A program made the position numbers and the translations under genes. A stretch of DNA of 50,712 bases from Octopus sinensis (taxonomy: Eukaryota). The notes under the pieces are model-generated. The model did no database searches. It had not been told where the DNA came from and saw nothing but the letters and a program-made list of their open reading frames with translations. The stretch is from the NCBI RefSeq assembly GCF_006345805.1, contig NW_021834201.1:1-50712 (forward strand), in the 5' to 3' direction. This document shows positions 50,263 through 50,712 of the stretch, in pieces. Each line of letters starts with the position of its first letter. The first letter of the stretch is position 1.

Positions 50263-50712
50263 TTACGAAGAGCCTCCTCTAACATGTGGCACTTGGTGAA
50301 GAATGGAGTTTGATATAGCTACTCTCATTTGCACCTCTTGCTGTGAGGTAGGTTCATCTGGGACTCTCGACAGGAAGATGTCCAGCTTTGATGTAAAAAC
50401 CGCTACATCTACTTTGTGCAAGTTCCTCAGACTCTTTGGGAGAATATTAAAAAGCTGTGGGCCCTTAAAACCCAGGCTGTTGCAGAAGCTGGTCCTGAAG
50501 CGTGATGGCATTGCTGGAATCTTTGGCACTATGCAGTATCGTCCCGTTCTAGCATTGGTGTAGCTTACAATGCCAAAATTTGGCACAATTCCTTCCAGGA
50601 TCTTCCAGATATATATTACTGCATACCTCTCCCGTCTTCTCTATAGGGAGTAGAGTCTTGGCTGTTTCAACCTTTCCCAGTAGCTGAGCTGTTGCATAGA
50701 GACGATCTTCTT
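50263..50712 (-). mobile_element. 3' end of a CR1/L2-like LINE ORF, continuing beyond the window
   Basis: ...RRRERYAVIYIWKILEGIVPNFGI...GPQLFNILPKSLRN...LDIFLSRVPDEP; ends TAATAA. Clade assignment is from recalled motifs. Confidence 0.7.

Noticed and set aside
46793-50712. USP promoter or first non-coding exon
   Set aside because: No CpG-rich or otherwise diagnostic segment; the region is mostly repeats, so it cannot be placed.
1-50712. CRISPR arrays, rRNA or true tRNA genes
   Set aside because: None seen; tRNA-like text occurs only as degenerate SINE heads.

Overview
AT-rich, repeat-dense eukaryotic DNA. The repeat families and microsatellite style suggest an octopus or other coleoid genome (inference). 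One host gene lies on the minus strand: a 16-coding-exon ubiquitin-specific protease (USP, peptidase C19), ATG at 46788 to TAA at 9920. I assembled it by hand; all introns are GT-AG with matching phases, giving a 4335-nt CDS (1444 aa). The Cys box (GNTCFMN, C98) and His box (GHY H1304, ND 1321-1322) are intact. The catalytic core is split by a ~500-aa low-complexity insert and a second insert holding a UBL-like segment, a RING-like finger (C1004-C1048) and a CxxCx5CxxC cluster, so this is a candidate DUB/E3-like hybrid. Introns and flanks hold a near-complete RTE LINE with a PHD finger and one frameshift, a Helitron helicase fragment, an RT-less Gypsy relic, Penelope-, Tx1- and CR1-like fragments, four Tc1-superfamily elements (one DD37E), piggyBac-type MITEs and SINEs. 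Less obvious signals: a ~350-nt intronic foldback with strand-biased mismatches, a Myb/SANT-like ORF joined to a CCCH finger across an A_AAA_AAG site, and a >=197-bp nested palindrome at the window start. Coordinates were read by eye; repeat boundaries are approximate and no database search was run.
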